Shown here piece after piece: positions 25,660-38,198 of a stretch of 64,000 nt of DNA. The notes under the pieces were generated by a model, which searched no databases, was not told where the DNA came from, and saw nothing but the letters and a program-made list of their open reading frames with translations. Within the stretch, counting starts at the first letter, position 1. The number at the start of each line of letters is the position of its first letter. Location of the stretch: contig OX597816.1 of the NCBI GenBank assembly GCA_951406725.2, positions 79,422,001-79,486,000 of the forward strand. Reading direction: 5' to 3'. The DNA comes from Octopus vulgaris. Taxonomy: Eukaryota. A program made the position numbers and the translations under genes.

Positions 25660-26400
25660 GTTTAACGATGCTGGCATGGTTTGGACGGTTTGACTGAGGG
25701 CTGGCAAGCCAGAAGGCTGCACTATGCTCCAGTCTGATCTGGCAAGTTTCTAACGCCATTCGCTCTGAGAATGTAGTGGGTGCTTTTTATGTCCCACCGG
25801 CACGAGGGCCAGTCAGGCAGTACTGGCAACGATCATGCTTGAATGGTGCTTTTTACGTGTCACCGGCACGGGACTAGTTAGCCGGTACTGGCATCGACCA
25901 CACTCGAATGGTGCTTTTTACTTGTGACCGGCACGGAGCCAGTCAGGCAGTACTGGCAACAATCACGCTTGAATGGTGCTTTTAATGTACCATCGGCATA
26001 GGATCAGTCAGGCAGCACTGGCATCGACCACGCTCGAATGGTGCTTTTTACGTGCCGGCACGGGTGTCACTCAGGCGGTACTGTCATCGGCTACGACAAC
26101 GATTTCACTTGCCTCAACAGGTCTTCGCAAGCGCAGTTTATTGACCAATGATTGAAGGGTACTCTTAAATGGGGTGGTTATGCTGCACAGGCATAGGCCA
26201 CGGTTACCGTCTCACATGGCTTGTCGGGTCTTCTCAAGCACAGCATATCTCCAAAGGTCTCGGTCACTTGTCATTGCCTCGGTAAGGCCCAAAGTTCGAA
26301 GGTCATGCTTCAACACTTCATCCTAGGTCTTCCTGGGTCTACCTCTTCCACAGGTTCCTTCTAGTGCTAGGGTATGACACTTTTTTCACACAGCTGTCCT
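25660..26400 (-). mobile_element. RTE-like LINE 3' end with ~65-bp minisatellite (5 units, ~25779-26090); related piece ~14225-14480
   Basis: Minus-strand GRGRPRKT motif near 26330; unit GGTGCTTTTTACGTG.CACCGGCACG...GTACTGGCA repeated; (GAC/GAG)n tail. Confidence 0.65.
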
Positions 26401-26664
26401 CAGTGGAAACTATCTCTATTTCTGTATAAATTTTTGTGTTTATTAAATGGACTTGCTATAAGTAGACAGTATATCTTGGAAAGGGTGGGTGAGTGAAATA
26501 CTAAAATACAGTGAAGACGATGCATGAGCAAAATTGTAGAGAAACAATGTTTTTCTTCTATCTTTCAAATTACGGCGCACTTACACTGATTACTATTTAT
26601 CTAATATCCCAGCTGCAGTGACTGCCATTCATATTATTATGTGATGTCTACCATCTACCATATA

Positions 26665-27956
26665 CGAGGGACGTTCAATAAGTAATGCCTCTGACCCACT
26701 TGCATTTGTTTGATCTAGCTGAAATTTTGCATGTGCAATTATTTATTTCTCCATAGATTAAGTGGCAAATTACAACTCTGAGCTAGTTGTGGTTTCTGAT
26801 TTACAGGTGTTTGAACTGAGTCAAGTGTGAAATGGAACCTGTTGAGTGTCGAGCAGTGATCCGGTTTTTGTATTTGAAAGGACGCACACCACAGGAGACT
26901 TTTGATGAAATGAAAGTAACTTATGGTGATGATGCCCCATCATATGACCATGTAAAACGCTGGCATCGTGAATTCAAACATGGCCGGAACTCTGTGGAAA
27001 CAGCTCCCAGATCTGGTCGCCCCCTTCTGCCATTGATGAGGCATCTGTCCGTCAAGTTGAGGCTGCCATTTTCGAAGATCGATGCATAACTATTCGCCAA
27101 ATAGCCCATGAGGTCAAGATTAGTACCGGGTCTGTGGAAACTATCATTCATGACCATTTGCATATGCAAAAGGTGTCTGCCAGATGGATTCCCAGGTTGC
27201 TCACACCTTTCCAGAAGCAAGAACGCGTCGAGTGCTCGAGGATGAATTTGGAGATGTGCCAAGAAGATGAGTCAAAATTTTTCAAAACTCTGATTACACA
27301 GGATGAAACCTGGGTCCATCACTATGATTCAGAGACCAAAGCCCAGTCAATGCAGTGAAAGCACCGTGACTCACCTCCTCCAAAGAAGGCAAGGGTGCAA
27401 CCCTCCGCTGGCAAGGTCATGCTCAGAGTCTTCTGGGACCAGGACGGAGTGGTGATGACAGATTTCCTGGCAAAGGGTACCACAATTACAGGAGCCTATT
27501 ATGCTTCACTTTTGAGGAAATTATGAGAAGCTATCAAAATCAAGAGGTGGGGCAAGATCAGCAAAGGCATCCTCCTCCTGCAGGACAACGCTCCGGTTCA
27601 CAACTCGCGTGTCGCCAGATCAGAAGCACAGGCGTGCTGCTATGAACTCCTCCCCCATCCCTCCTACGCTCCTGACCTTGCACCCTCTGATTTTCACCTC
27701 TTCCCAGCCATGAAGTTTTTTTTGAAAGGAAAGCATTTCACAGATGATGCAGCCTTGATTTCTAAAGTCACGTCGTGGTTGGAGGACCAAGCTGGGGTCT
27801 TCTACAAAAACGGTCTCCAGAGCTGCATCAAACGATGGCAGAAATGCGTAACTCTGGGTGGTTCCTATGTAGAAAAAGACTAATAACTGTGCCAAGTTTC
27901 GTTGCTCTACTGCTATGGGAAGTGGGTCAGGGGCATTACTTATTGAACGCCCCTCG
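26665..27956 (+). mobile_element. Full-length (1292 bp) irritans-like mariner; transposase 26832-27883 disrupted
   Basis: TIRs CGAGGG(A/G)CGTTCAATAAGTAATGCC.CTGACCCACTT with TA duplication. Motifs WIPRLL, TQDETW, QDNAPVH, YAPDLAPSDF. One frameshift (~27025) and two TGA stops seen. Confidence 0.96.
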
Positions 27957-28740
27957 TATACGGTATGTATGGAGTACCAGATATGGTCTGCACTGCTACA
28001 AGTATATTCTTGAATAATAAAAGCTATTGTGCTCGCAACATGATACTTGTAAAATACTTTATTCATTTTTCTAGGATAGTGATGTCACTGGCATATTACT
28101 GCTAGAGTTAATGCTATTTTGTTACACCAGTATATGTAGTAGTAGTAGTATGTCTTTATCTATATGTAGTAACATGTCTTTATCTATATAGACCTAACAA
28201 GCAAATATATATGCTTTCCTGAGGAGATAGTAAGGGTAAAACTTTGCTGGAAAGCTACTAATCTTGTTAAATTTTATATCTTACCCTATTTTACCTATTT
28301 CCAAATTTTATTTAAATAGACTCTAATACATGAATGCATTAAAAAAGTATTTATTGTGGTGAGTTGACCTTGGTTTCATTGGACAGTGTTCAATGTCGTT
28401 TATCTCTCACCCATACGTGCACAGCCTGTATTAAATTTTCCTTTAAAACATCATACTCCTCACATTATGTTAATATGAAATATACAATTTTATCTGACCT
28501 TTGGAATATTGATTTATCTGTTGCTAAAACAAATATACACTGATGAAACCTAAATATTGCAATGCTGTCATACTAAATAGGGCGATATAAACCTGCTAGA
28601 CTGCTGTGCACGCATATATATAACGTAAAATTATCTTCACTGCTGCATTTTGTTAGATGCAGCGAGGAGGTATAGCAAATTTATTCTTTCCTTAGCATTT
28701 AGCTGTTGTTAAATTTTAAAGCAGTGCAATTTCAACTAAG

Positions 28741-28975
28741 ATGTCGTCAACATCAACTGTTAGTGAAGTAAAGAAGAGAGATTGTGAAGAAATAAAAAAA
28801 GAAATAGAAAGTAATCCTATACAATTCATCGGCAACGACGGAAAACCTATGCAACTTTATCAATATAAAGGACACAATTTTCTTCCTTTAGAAATAGGAT
28901 CATCAGCTTTGTCCAAACTACATACAGTGAAAATTAGACCTGATGATATTTTGCTGTATACCCATCCTGGAGCAG
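28741..28975 (+). CDS. SULT gene B coding exon 1
   Basis: MSSTSTVSE...IRPDDILLYTHPGAG; donor G|GTAAGA. Confidence 0.9.
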
Positions 28976-29472
28976 GTAAGATTTTAATATATTCACAAAT
29001 ATTGTAATGAGTGTTGTGTCATGTAATACGTCATTTTGTTAGAAGACAGTATGGTGGTGAGGGTTTCTAGGAAATTGTATTAAGACTTACTATTTCAAAC
29101 CTGTGATGTCACCTTCGTGTAGTGGTTAACAATGCTTTGCAGTTTACAGCGAACACAAGGTTCTATTCACATAGATGATATTACAGCTTTCCTCCGTCTG
29201 CTATATAAGAAATGCATGTGTATATACAAAATGTGCAATATAGATTTAAAATATTTTGTCCAGTGCGAAGCGCCTTGTTAATCGGTTGCATATTGCGAAA
29301 TCGTAAAATTTTGTGGGTGTGCGTTAAGAAGCTTACTTTCCAACTATACGGTTCGAGGTTCAGTCACAATACGTGGCACCATGGATAAGCATCTTCTACT
29401 ATAGCCTTATGAGTGAATTTGGTTGACGGAAACTGAAAGAATTCCGTCGTGTGTGTGTGTCTATATACATAC

Positions 29473-29519
<47 letters not shown>

Positions 29520-31300
29520 TAAATAAGTGGAGTTGAACGCAGGTGTTATTCAAATTCTTTTTCTTTCGACATATGTTTCGAAGACAACATTGGTTTTATT
29601 CAAAAAAGAATAAACGGTGTAAAGTAATGTGATTTTCTCAACAGGAAAGAAAGAGAACCTATCTCAACAACAAGACATTATAACAATTTTGATGACTGCA
29701 TAAATGATAAACAGAACGCTATTAAGTATTTTTTAAAAACCCTTTGGAATATCAGACGCTTTGAATCCCAGGCCTTGTTAAAAATGTCAACATTGGCGGA
29801 TAGTTTAGACAATCTAACTGAAATGTTTTTAACTAAATTCTTACTGGATGGACTAATATACTTGAGATTGGTGGAAGGTTTGTGGTATGGGAAGTATGAG
29901 TTATTATGCAAATTGAGAGTAATATCTAAGAAGTTAGCTTTAGTTATCTCATCGTCAAAGACGATGTGAAAGCCCATTCTACGAAAAAAACACTAACTAA
30001 CCTATTCTTAACCTTCTGTATTTTTTTATTGGAAATGTTTTGGAGGTAAAGCAAACAATCATCATCATATAGACCTCCACAGATGTCTGGGAACTGGTCA
30101 GCCATTTCATGAAGTATATATATGCCGACTAAATCCGTAATTTGAGCAGAATCTGAACTTCCCTTTGAGACATCGAACGCGTTGGGAGTATCCTTCCGGA
30201 CCCACAACTTATTATCAAACTTAATGATTGATTTTCTGGCAGCCAGTACCACATTAATTTCCTCTCTCGAGAGAGACCTGCTTTATTGTGTGCATGCCAG
30301 GGTGCCTTATTGAGTATAATAGGGTTGATTGATGAATAAGAGCTAGATATGTCAAACTGAATAAATTTAGTGTTAACCTTATTAGTAATAGCAGTAAACC
30401 AATCCACAACTTGAAAAGAATTAGACCATAAGCTAAGTTTTAATTTATTAATTAATGTAGGGATATACTAATCTAAGATGTATTTACTAAGTATACCGAT
30501 GTCTGAGCTGGAAGGACAGATAAGCCGTAAGGATGGGTTATTATAAAAGTTTTGTTTGTGGTCTTTTAAAATAAACTGAGGTTGCCTGGGATTCAAAGGG
30601 TCTGCCTTTGACGTCAGATCTACTAACAGCTTTTTTTTAAAACTACTTAATAGCGTTCTGTTTATCATTTATGCAGTCATCAAAATTGTTATAATGTCTT
30701 GTTGAGATAGGTTCTCTTTCTTTCCTGATGAGAAGATTACATTATTTTACACCTTTGGAATAAAACCAATGTTGTCTTCGAAACATGTCGAAAGTAAAAG
30801 AATTTGAATAACACCTGCGTTCAACTCCATTTATTTACTTTTACTATACAAATTACTGCACATTAATCCGGAGTTTCTACCTTTGAATAGGTCGCTACAT
30901 CCTTGTTACTTGCGTGAATTTTGCTACCTTGGTAACTGTTTATTGAATTTTCCATGTTAACTGTAAACAAAGGATAATTCAAAACACACTTTGAGTCGAA
31001 CCAGGGACAGCTGATGAAGGGGAATTTTCCTTGTATTGTTTGTCCTGTACTCTGTTTTTTCGTTGTTTAAAAAAAGTCCGTTTCCTTGTTTGATTTTATG
31101 TTCTCGTCTCTCGCTGTGCTCTACGTTTATTTGTGGTGTCCTGTACTCATATATATATATATGTATGCATGTATATATACATGTAGATGTAAATATGTAC
31201 ATATATGTATATATATATGCATATATTTTATTTATTTATTATATTACTATATGACCGAACGCACGCGTTATTTCTCTATTTCTCTTCTCCAAGTTTTTAT

Positions 31301-31357
<57 letters not shown>

Positions 31358-32251
31358 TTGTGTCAGTGTTTGTCCCCCACCACTGCTTGACAGCCAGTGT
31401 AGGTTTGTTTACATCCCCGTAACTTTACAGTTCGGCAAATTAAAACTGAAGGAATAAGTAACAGGCATTAAAAAATAAGTACTGAAATCGATTTATTCCA
31501 CTAAAAGTTCTTCAAGGCGGTGCTCCATCAAAGCCGCAGTCTGCTGACTGAAACAGATAAAAAATTAAATTTTCATAAAATAGTATGTAGAACAAGCACA
31601 AATTAAATTTCAGATGAAAAAATGTTTAATTTATGTGTGTAATCGTAAGTTTGCTATTCGGCCATTTTAATCCTTTGCTTACAGTTATAAAAGTTTGCAA
31701 TATGTATTTTACTGCTTCACATACACCGTAAATAATCATGTTTAAGATTACTAGGCGTGTAGATGAAACAGATAGAATACATGTCAGAAGCATTCCCACA
31801 ATTGAAATAAAATTGAGTAACCGTAGAGCAATAATTTTTCAACTGTGTACTCGTAATTATTTCTGGATATCATACTGGATATCTCATAGGAAAAAAATTT
31901 CATTTATGATTTCAGGTTCACATTGGATGTTTGAAGTCGTTAATATGATACTGAGAGGAAGCAGTGAAAGAATCAACATTATAAAGGAATCATTGCTTAT
32001 AGACTGGGCACCAATAGAAAATCTCGAGTCAGCTGAATCACCTCGAGTATTGAACACGCACCTTTCTATTGAATTCCTGCCTCCGCAATTGCTAAAAGAT
32101 CATAAAATCATCTATGTAAACCGCAACCCTAAAGCCATGGTGGTGTCGTTCTATAGACACGTGAGTCGTTCTAAAGCTTTTGAATACGCAGGAGATTTTT
32201 CAAGCTTTTTTGACCTCTATATGAAAGGAGAAAGTAAGATTTGAAAGCATC

Positions 32252-32283
<32 letters not shown>

Positions 32284-32284
32284 G

Positions 32285-32332
<48 letters not shown>

Positions 32333-35300
32333 ATAATAATAATAATAATAATAATAAGGGATGCTCCAAGGGCTCATACGGCTGTAAAGATCAGCTACTA
32401 ATCAATAAGGCCATAACTGAAGACAGCCGCAGAAACAAAAGGGGTCTAAGTATGGCCTGGATCGATTATCGAAAGGCTTTTAATAGTATTCCCCACACAT
32501 GGATCCTAGAAACGTAGCATCAATAATCCTAAAATATATAAAACATTCCACGAATAAACGGCAGACAGTGCTATAGCTCCAGACAAAAGAGGCACTAAAA
32601 AACCAGAGCCATCCCCATTAGAAGAGGAATATTCCAGAGAGACACGCTCTCTTCACTCCTTTTCTGCTTGGCACTGATACATTTACCTGACATGCTAAAC
32701 ATAAACTGGGTGGGGATACAACTGTTATGGCAAAACAATCAACCATCTCTTATATATGGATGATCTAAAACTGTACGTCAGAAATGATAAACAGCTGGAA
32801 ACATTACTAGAGACAGTACATAGATTTATCGAAGAAATAAACATGATTTTTGGCTTAGAAGAATGTGCCAAAGCAACCTTGAAAAGAAGAAAACTAGTTA
32901 AGAGTAGCAACATCACACTACATAAAGCAAATGAAATAAGAGAATTAGACCAAAGCCAGATATACAAATACTTAGCAATCAATGAACTAGATACGATACA
33001 ACACACACAAATGAAAGAAGATAATAAAAAAAAAGGAATACTAAAGACAGGGCTAGATTTGTTTTGGTTAATTTTACGTTAATTAGGAGGTGTTTGTTAT
33101 TCTATCAGTTTTTATTTGACAATCTCATATTCTAATTTATTTTCTTAATTTTTCAGTTCCTTATGATGGTTACTTTAAACATGTTCAGGAATTTTATGCC
33201 CTAATTAAAGATAATCCAAATGCACTTATCATTACTTACGAAGAAATGAAAAAGGTAAATTTTTTATATTTCTGTGTAATTTTCATCTGAATTTCAATAT
33301 ATCTTATTTAGTGCACTGGTTTTTGATGTACAAGAAAAAGATCTATAATATTATTACGATATATCTGATTTGCTTAACGTACATATTCATCCAATTAATC
33401 TTTGTTCTAAATCGTCTTATCTTTTTAATGACAGGAGTTTAACTACATATTAACCTCATATTAACCACAGAAAGAGGTCTTTAGTAAGAAAATGCAATCT
33501 TTCTGTTAAATATGAAAAAAATTCATAATTCGTTATTTCTTTTCGACAGGAATTATACAAAGTAGTGTTGCATATTGCTAAGTTCCTTGATAAAACAATT
33601 TCTGACCAACTTGCTAAAAGTATTGTTGATATGTGTTCATTCGATAAGATGAAATCTGAGAAAACATTGGTGTCTGCCTCATGTGTTCCTGAAAACTTAT
33701 TCAAAGAGGGTGGTACTTTCTACCATTCTGGTAAGTATGTCAACGTAATGTTAACTCCGTTATAATTCTTTTCCTAAAAGTAAAAGGCAGATATCTATCA
33801 TTGCCAGCAAGGATATCTAGCTTGTGGTCATTGCCTGAGTCTTTGTGTGTGAAACGTGGACTGAGCAATTCCATATGATCCAGTACATGCAGTTCGTAAT
33901 CTCTGTAAATACTCAACACAGCCTCAGGTTAACGAACTTGTTGCTTTTATATGATTACCGTACTAGCATCCGCGAATTATTTATCTTACGATTTTTAATT
34001 TGAACAAGACGTTCTAAGCCATTCGAGTGTATGCCAATGTATTACATTGGAATAATCTCAATTCACAACTTCGACATCTCGGGCTAGTTATGTGACGACT
34101 TGTTAGCACGCTTCCTTCTATCCTGCATCATGTGTTATCTGTGTCATGATGGTTCGTGCCGGGGGTCAAAACGCCGACATCATGACAGCTGCTTAATGTT
34201 CTGTGAACAATGTAAAGCTGTAAGACGTCTCTTGGACAGCTGCAACGAAGGCTACGAAGCCGTGGCCAGCAGGAAGGGACACACCAGGCGTTCTAACTGC
34301 ATCTGAACGCCAGAGTTCATCCCCACATCTTTGAAGAGCGCCTTAAGCTCAGTTCTCGTGGGAAATGAAGCTGCTGGAGACTGTGATCAACCCATGTTAG
34401 GAGAGGATTGCTGCTACAATGCTATATGAATGGTAGTACGATTCATCTCCTTGCCATACCTCGGAGCAAAATGATAAAGAGATTATCGGAATATTTCTAC
34501 AACTTCACCAGCCTCAATCTCTTGCCACCTAATTTCTTTGATTATAATCTCATGTATTACTGTATGCAGGGCGCGGTTGAGAAAGGAATCAACCGTTCTG
34601 CTTGCAACAGCAAGGACGAGTTGGTATCCAAGATCGAGGAAATGTTTGAAGATTTTATAAGGGGCTCAATGTGGAACCCATGTGCTAGGTTCCAAAGCGT
34701 CTTGAGGCTGTGGTGGAAGCTGAGGTGGGAGGACTACTTTGAGTAAACTGTTATCTACCAACCATAACCTAGTTCATATTTTTGATTTTTTTAGATAATT
34801 TTGTTTTTGGGTGAGATATTGTGTTTTCTTTTCCTTCTATGCAAATTGTCGAATTTAACCCGAACATGTAAAATGAAGTCATTCTTGAGTTTAAAAATGT
34901 TTTATTTTTGCCTAAATGTATAGTAAAAACAAAACAAGAGGCAAAACATTCTATTGTAATTTGCAGTATCACTTTGGTTACACCGTTTAAAGTGAACTAG
35001 GGCTCAGAAGAGATCTGTAACTAGGCTGGTTCCGTTCTCCACAATAGGTTCTATGATAACTTCCTTCTCACAGCTCTCTTCCATGCTACCTTCTGGCATT
35101 TAATTTCAGACAGGTACTTCTAGTGATGTCCTGTGTGGAAAGCTTTCCAACCATGTCTTACTATTTGCTTCTGCAATAAACGAATACTTTAAAAACTGCT
35201 TCCTAAAGCAGCAGTATACGAGTCATGCTGAACTTCCCCCCTACAGGCCTCGATAGTCCTGCAAAAATTATAGTGCAATTCATTTTTCTCTGCTTGAGAC

Positions 35301-37367
35301 GTATCACCCACTGTTTTTGTTTCTCCAGCTTTTACCAGGTGGAATATATGTGTGCTAGTGATATCCCATCTGCCATTCTAGTTCTTCCACATCTATTACA
35401 GTCCATCCTTTGTGTTCTGTTCCATATATGTAATTTACTCCTAGAGTGGATGCCCTTTTGCATATCCCATTTCCCTCCTCTTCAAAAGAGGTTATGCATT
35501 TTAGATGTTTTAAAAATGAAACCCTCCACTACATGAGAATGACACCCAAGCCATTCCCCACTACGCGAACAGGCGCAAAAGACGTCCAGATCCCTCGGCC
35601 TGAAAATTCATATAGACACAAATCTTAGAATAGTCCATTTACTGGACGTTATTCTAGTATTAGTACTGGTGATTTTAAGCGTTTAAGAAAACGAAACAAG
35701 AAACTCACATACATTTACGTAGTACCATGACATTCTACTTCTCTTCAAAATCTTCAACCTGCTACACAGGAAAAAGATCTTTAATAGAGGAGCCCCTTAC
35801 TATAACGGTATACTTGAGAAAGGCGGCGAGCTGGCAGAAACGTTAGCACGCCGGGCGAAATGCTTAGCAGTATTTCGTCTGCCGTTACGTTCTGAGTTCA
35901 AATTCCGCCGAGGTCGACTTTGCCTTTCATCCTTTCGGGGTCGATTAAATAAGTACCAGTTACACACTGGGGTCGATATAATCGACTTAATCCGTTTGTC
36001 TGTCCTTGTTTGTCCCTTCTGTGTTTAGCCCCTTGTAGGTAGTAAAGAAATAGGTATACTTGAGATTAAGCGGTTCAAAAATAATCTCGTGACTAACCCC
36101 ACGTAAGGCATAACTAAAGAAGTGAGGTGCAGAAAGGTAATTTGGATTGCACTTCATTTCACTGAAAGATTGATCTAATAGATGTAAAATATTTTTTAAT
36201 TTTATAGAGATTTCCCACAAGAACATAAAAGATTCTTCAACATATATACAGATAGAATCACCTACAGCAGTAACCCTTACATGAAATATACTATTACGCA
36301 TAAGTCCACCACCACAGTTGTGCATGGATAGGAACACTATAGCATATCCAATAAGTGGATTATGTAACGTCAGTTCAATTATTTTGAGACAGAAGTCAAA
36401 TCTGCCAAAACTGAGTAGAACACTGGTGCTCCGTCGGTTACGACGTTGAGGGTTCCAGTCGATCTAATTAAAGGAACAGCCTTACCATGCAAATGACTGA
36501 GCACTCCACAGACACAGATGCTCTTAATGTAGTTCTCAGAGAGATTCAGCATGACTCAGAACGTGACAAGACCGGCCCTTCGAATTACAGGTACAGTTCA
36601 TTTTTGCCAGCTGAGTGGACTGGAGTAACGTGAAATAGAGTATCCTGCTGAAGGAGACAATGCGCCGCTGGGAATTGAACTCACGACATTACGATCCTGA
36701 GCCAATTACCCTAACCATTAAGCTACGCGCCTTCATACTTGAACATTAATCTTAAACGATACATACAAGTGACAGAAAGATCCGTTAAGTGGATATGGCG
36801 AGATGAAAATTGCATAGCGTAACTCAAAATATCACCAAAATATTCACACGATATACGAATGCTGTAATGTTAGTATTTCGTCTCATTTTCTTGCTTTCAG
36901 TAGGTTTTCCTCCTTAGAATTTTCTCCAAACTCTTCTGGAGTTGCAGGATGTTTCCCAATTTTCTCCCCCTTGCTTCTCTTTATTTCCTTCTCTCTCTCT
37001 CTTTCTCTATTGTTATTTAGTATGTATATAAATATACTACAGAAAAACGGATCATGGCCTCAGAGATAACTAACCCCGAAAAAATATGGAGTACTGCCCC
37101 TTTCAGTATACTGCAAGATCACAATATATTTTCACACTCAAATCTTCATATGCTATGAACGTAGTGAAAGATAACTTCCATACATTCCTAACGTGTATTA
37201 ACCAAATTCTAGTCCGCCACAGTCATGCACAAGTCACAGAAACTGATAAGAAATTTAAAACTTTTTCGATTCAAAATTTGTATTTTTTACATTTTTGTCC
37301 TGAAAACTTTATATAAGAGCGATAACTTTGGAGTTACTAGACAAGGATCACAATATGTATGTAAATA

Positions 37368-37402
<35 letters not shown>

Positions 37403-37758
37403 ATGTATGTATGTTTATGTGTACTCAGCTATTCTAGAAAAAACTTTAAGAGACTATGCATTATTTCTTAATCCCTTATTTACTATAACTATGCAATTTT
37501 GTTTGAATTATGAATTAAATACTTTGAATTATACCACATGTTTTCCTAGTCCATTCTCTTTTTCTAATATGTATCTACCCTCTCAATGATGAACCACTTA
37601 TGGCCATCTTTGTTAAGCAGCTTCAACCTTTGATTCAGTTGCAGATCAAGCAGACGTTTTAGAGGTAAACCAACCCGAGCACTTATAGAATAGATCTATT
37701 AATTCATTAGTCGGAATTATATATATATATATATATATAACAAAGTGGAGTTGTAAGG

Positions 37759-37790
<32 letters not shown>

Positions 37791-38046
37791 TACATACATA
37801 CATACGTACATATATACTTATGTGGTAAATCAAAAGTGAGCGAACTTTCATACGGGTACATAGAGGCAAAATTATAATTCCGGAATACGTTAAATTATAT
37901 TTATATAATTATATATGTATATAATCGAAATTTTTGCAGGTAAAGTGGATACATGGAAAAAATGGTTGACCGTTGAGCAAAGTGAACGAATTGATGCAAA
38001 GATCCAATCAGAATTCATTGATAAAGGAATCATATTCAATTTCTAA
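28741..38046 (+). CDS. Cytosolic sulfotransferase-like gene B, join(28741..28975,31916..32233,33157..33254,33550..33730,37940..38046), 312 aa
   Basis: Same exon structure and phases as gene A (235+318+98+181+107=939 nt), in frame to TAA. Motifs HPGAGSHW, SPRVLNTHL, RNPKAMVVSFY, YEEMKKEL, YHSGKVDTWKKWLTVEQSE. Confidence 0.92.
29517..30840 (-). mobile_element. Penelope-like retroelement: RT fragment flanked by ~220-bp inverted pLTRs
   Basis: Minus-strand FIQFDISS, DSAQITDLVGIYIL, GLYDDD, FLDITLNL, YHKP. Arms 29517-29740 and 30631-30840 are inverted. Related pLTR at ~18950-19136. Confidence 0.85.
30720..30794 (+). ncRNA. Type I hammerhead ribozyme (Penelope-type, minimal stem III)
   Basis: CTTTC-CTGATGA-GAAGA...TCTTC-GAAAC-AT-GTC^GAAAG. 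Complete core, stem I CTTTC/GAAAG, stem II GAAGA/TCTTC, palindromic ACATGT stem III. Confidence 0.8.
31916..32233 (+). CDS. SULT gene B coding exon 2
   Basis: Acceptor TTTCAG; GSHWMFEVV...YMKGE; donor A|GTAAGA; 318 nt. Confidence 0.92.
32358..33050 (+). mobile_element. R4/Dong-like LINE RT fragment in gene B intron 2
   Basis: GCKDQLLINKAI, MAWIDYRKAFNSIPHTWI, NHLLYMDDLKLY, FGLEEC; begins directly after (TAA)n. Confidence 0.85.
33157..33254 (+). CDS. SULT gene B coding exon 3
   Basis: Acceptor TTTCAG; IPYDGYFKHVQEFY...YEEMKK; donor AAG|GTAAAT. Confidence 0.9.
33550..33730 (+). CDS. SULT gene B coding exon 4
   Basis: Acceptor CGACAG; ELYKVVLHIAKFLD...FYHSG; donor G|GTAAGT. Confidence 0.9.
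34170..34870 (+). mobile_element. Highly degenerate Tc1/mariner-superfamily remnant
   Basis: C-terminal pattern GAVEK...SKDEL...CARFQ...DYFE*; boundaries uncertain. Confidence 0.45.
35822..36056 (+). mobile_element. tRNA-derived SINE; fragments at ~25080-25260(-) and ~39770-39920(-)
   Basis: GGCGGCGAGCTGGCAGAA...GAGTTCAAATTCC (box B)...GCCTTTCATCCTTTCGGGGTCGA...AAGTACCAG. Confidence 0.7.
37940..38046 (+). CDS. SULT gene B coding exon 5 (terminal)
   Basis: Acceptor TTGCAG; GKVDTWKKWLTVEQSERIDAKIQSEFIDKGIIFNF*. Confidence 0.9.
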
Positions 38047-38192
38047 ATAATTCCACTTGTGTTAAAAAGAAGTATTTTAAGTTAGAATTTAAAATCCTAA
38101 TAAGCAGATCTATGCCCGTTGAATTTGAATATAGCCAGTTTATATAAATTAATGACATGAAAGTAATTTGTAATAATGATTGAGCAAATGTT

Positions 38193-38198
38193 AATAAA
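38193..38198 (+). promoter_or_regulatory. Putative polyadenylation signal, gene B
   Basis: AATAAA ~147 nt after the stop; flanks (TAATAATG...AATAAA.C.TATAA) shared with gene A. Confidence 0.55.

Noticed and set aside
25779-26090. Regularly spaced ~65-bp units resembling a CRISPR array
   Set aside because: The whole unit repeats with no unique spacers, there are no cas genes, and the context is a eukaryotic retroelement 3' region; it is a minisatellite.
30970-31032. Possible second hammerhead (CTGATGA at 31011 with AAGGATAATTC/GAATTTTCCTT pairing)
   Set aside because: GAAA is replaced by AAAA and stems I and III cannot be formed convincingly; at best a decayed relic.
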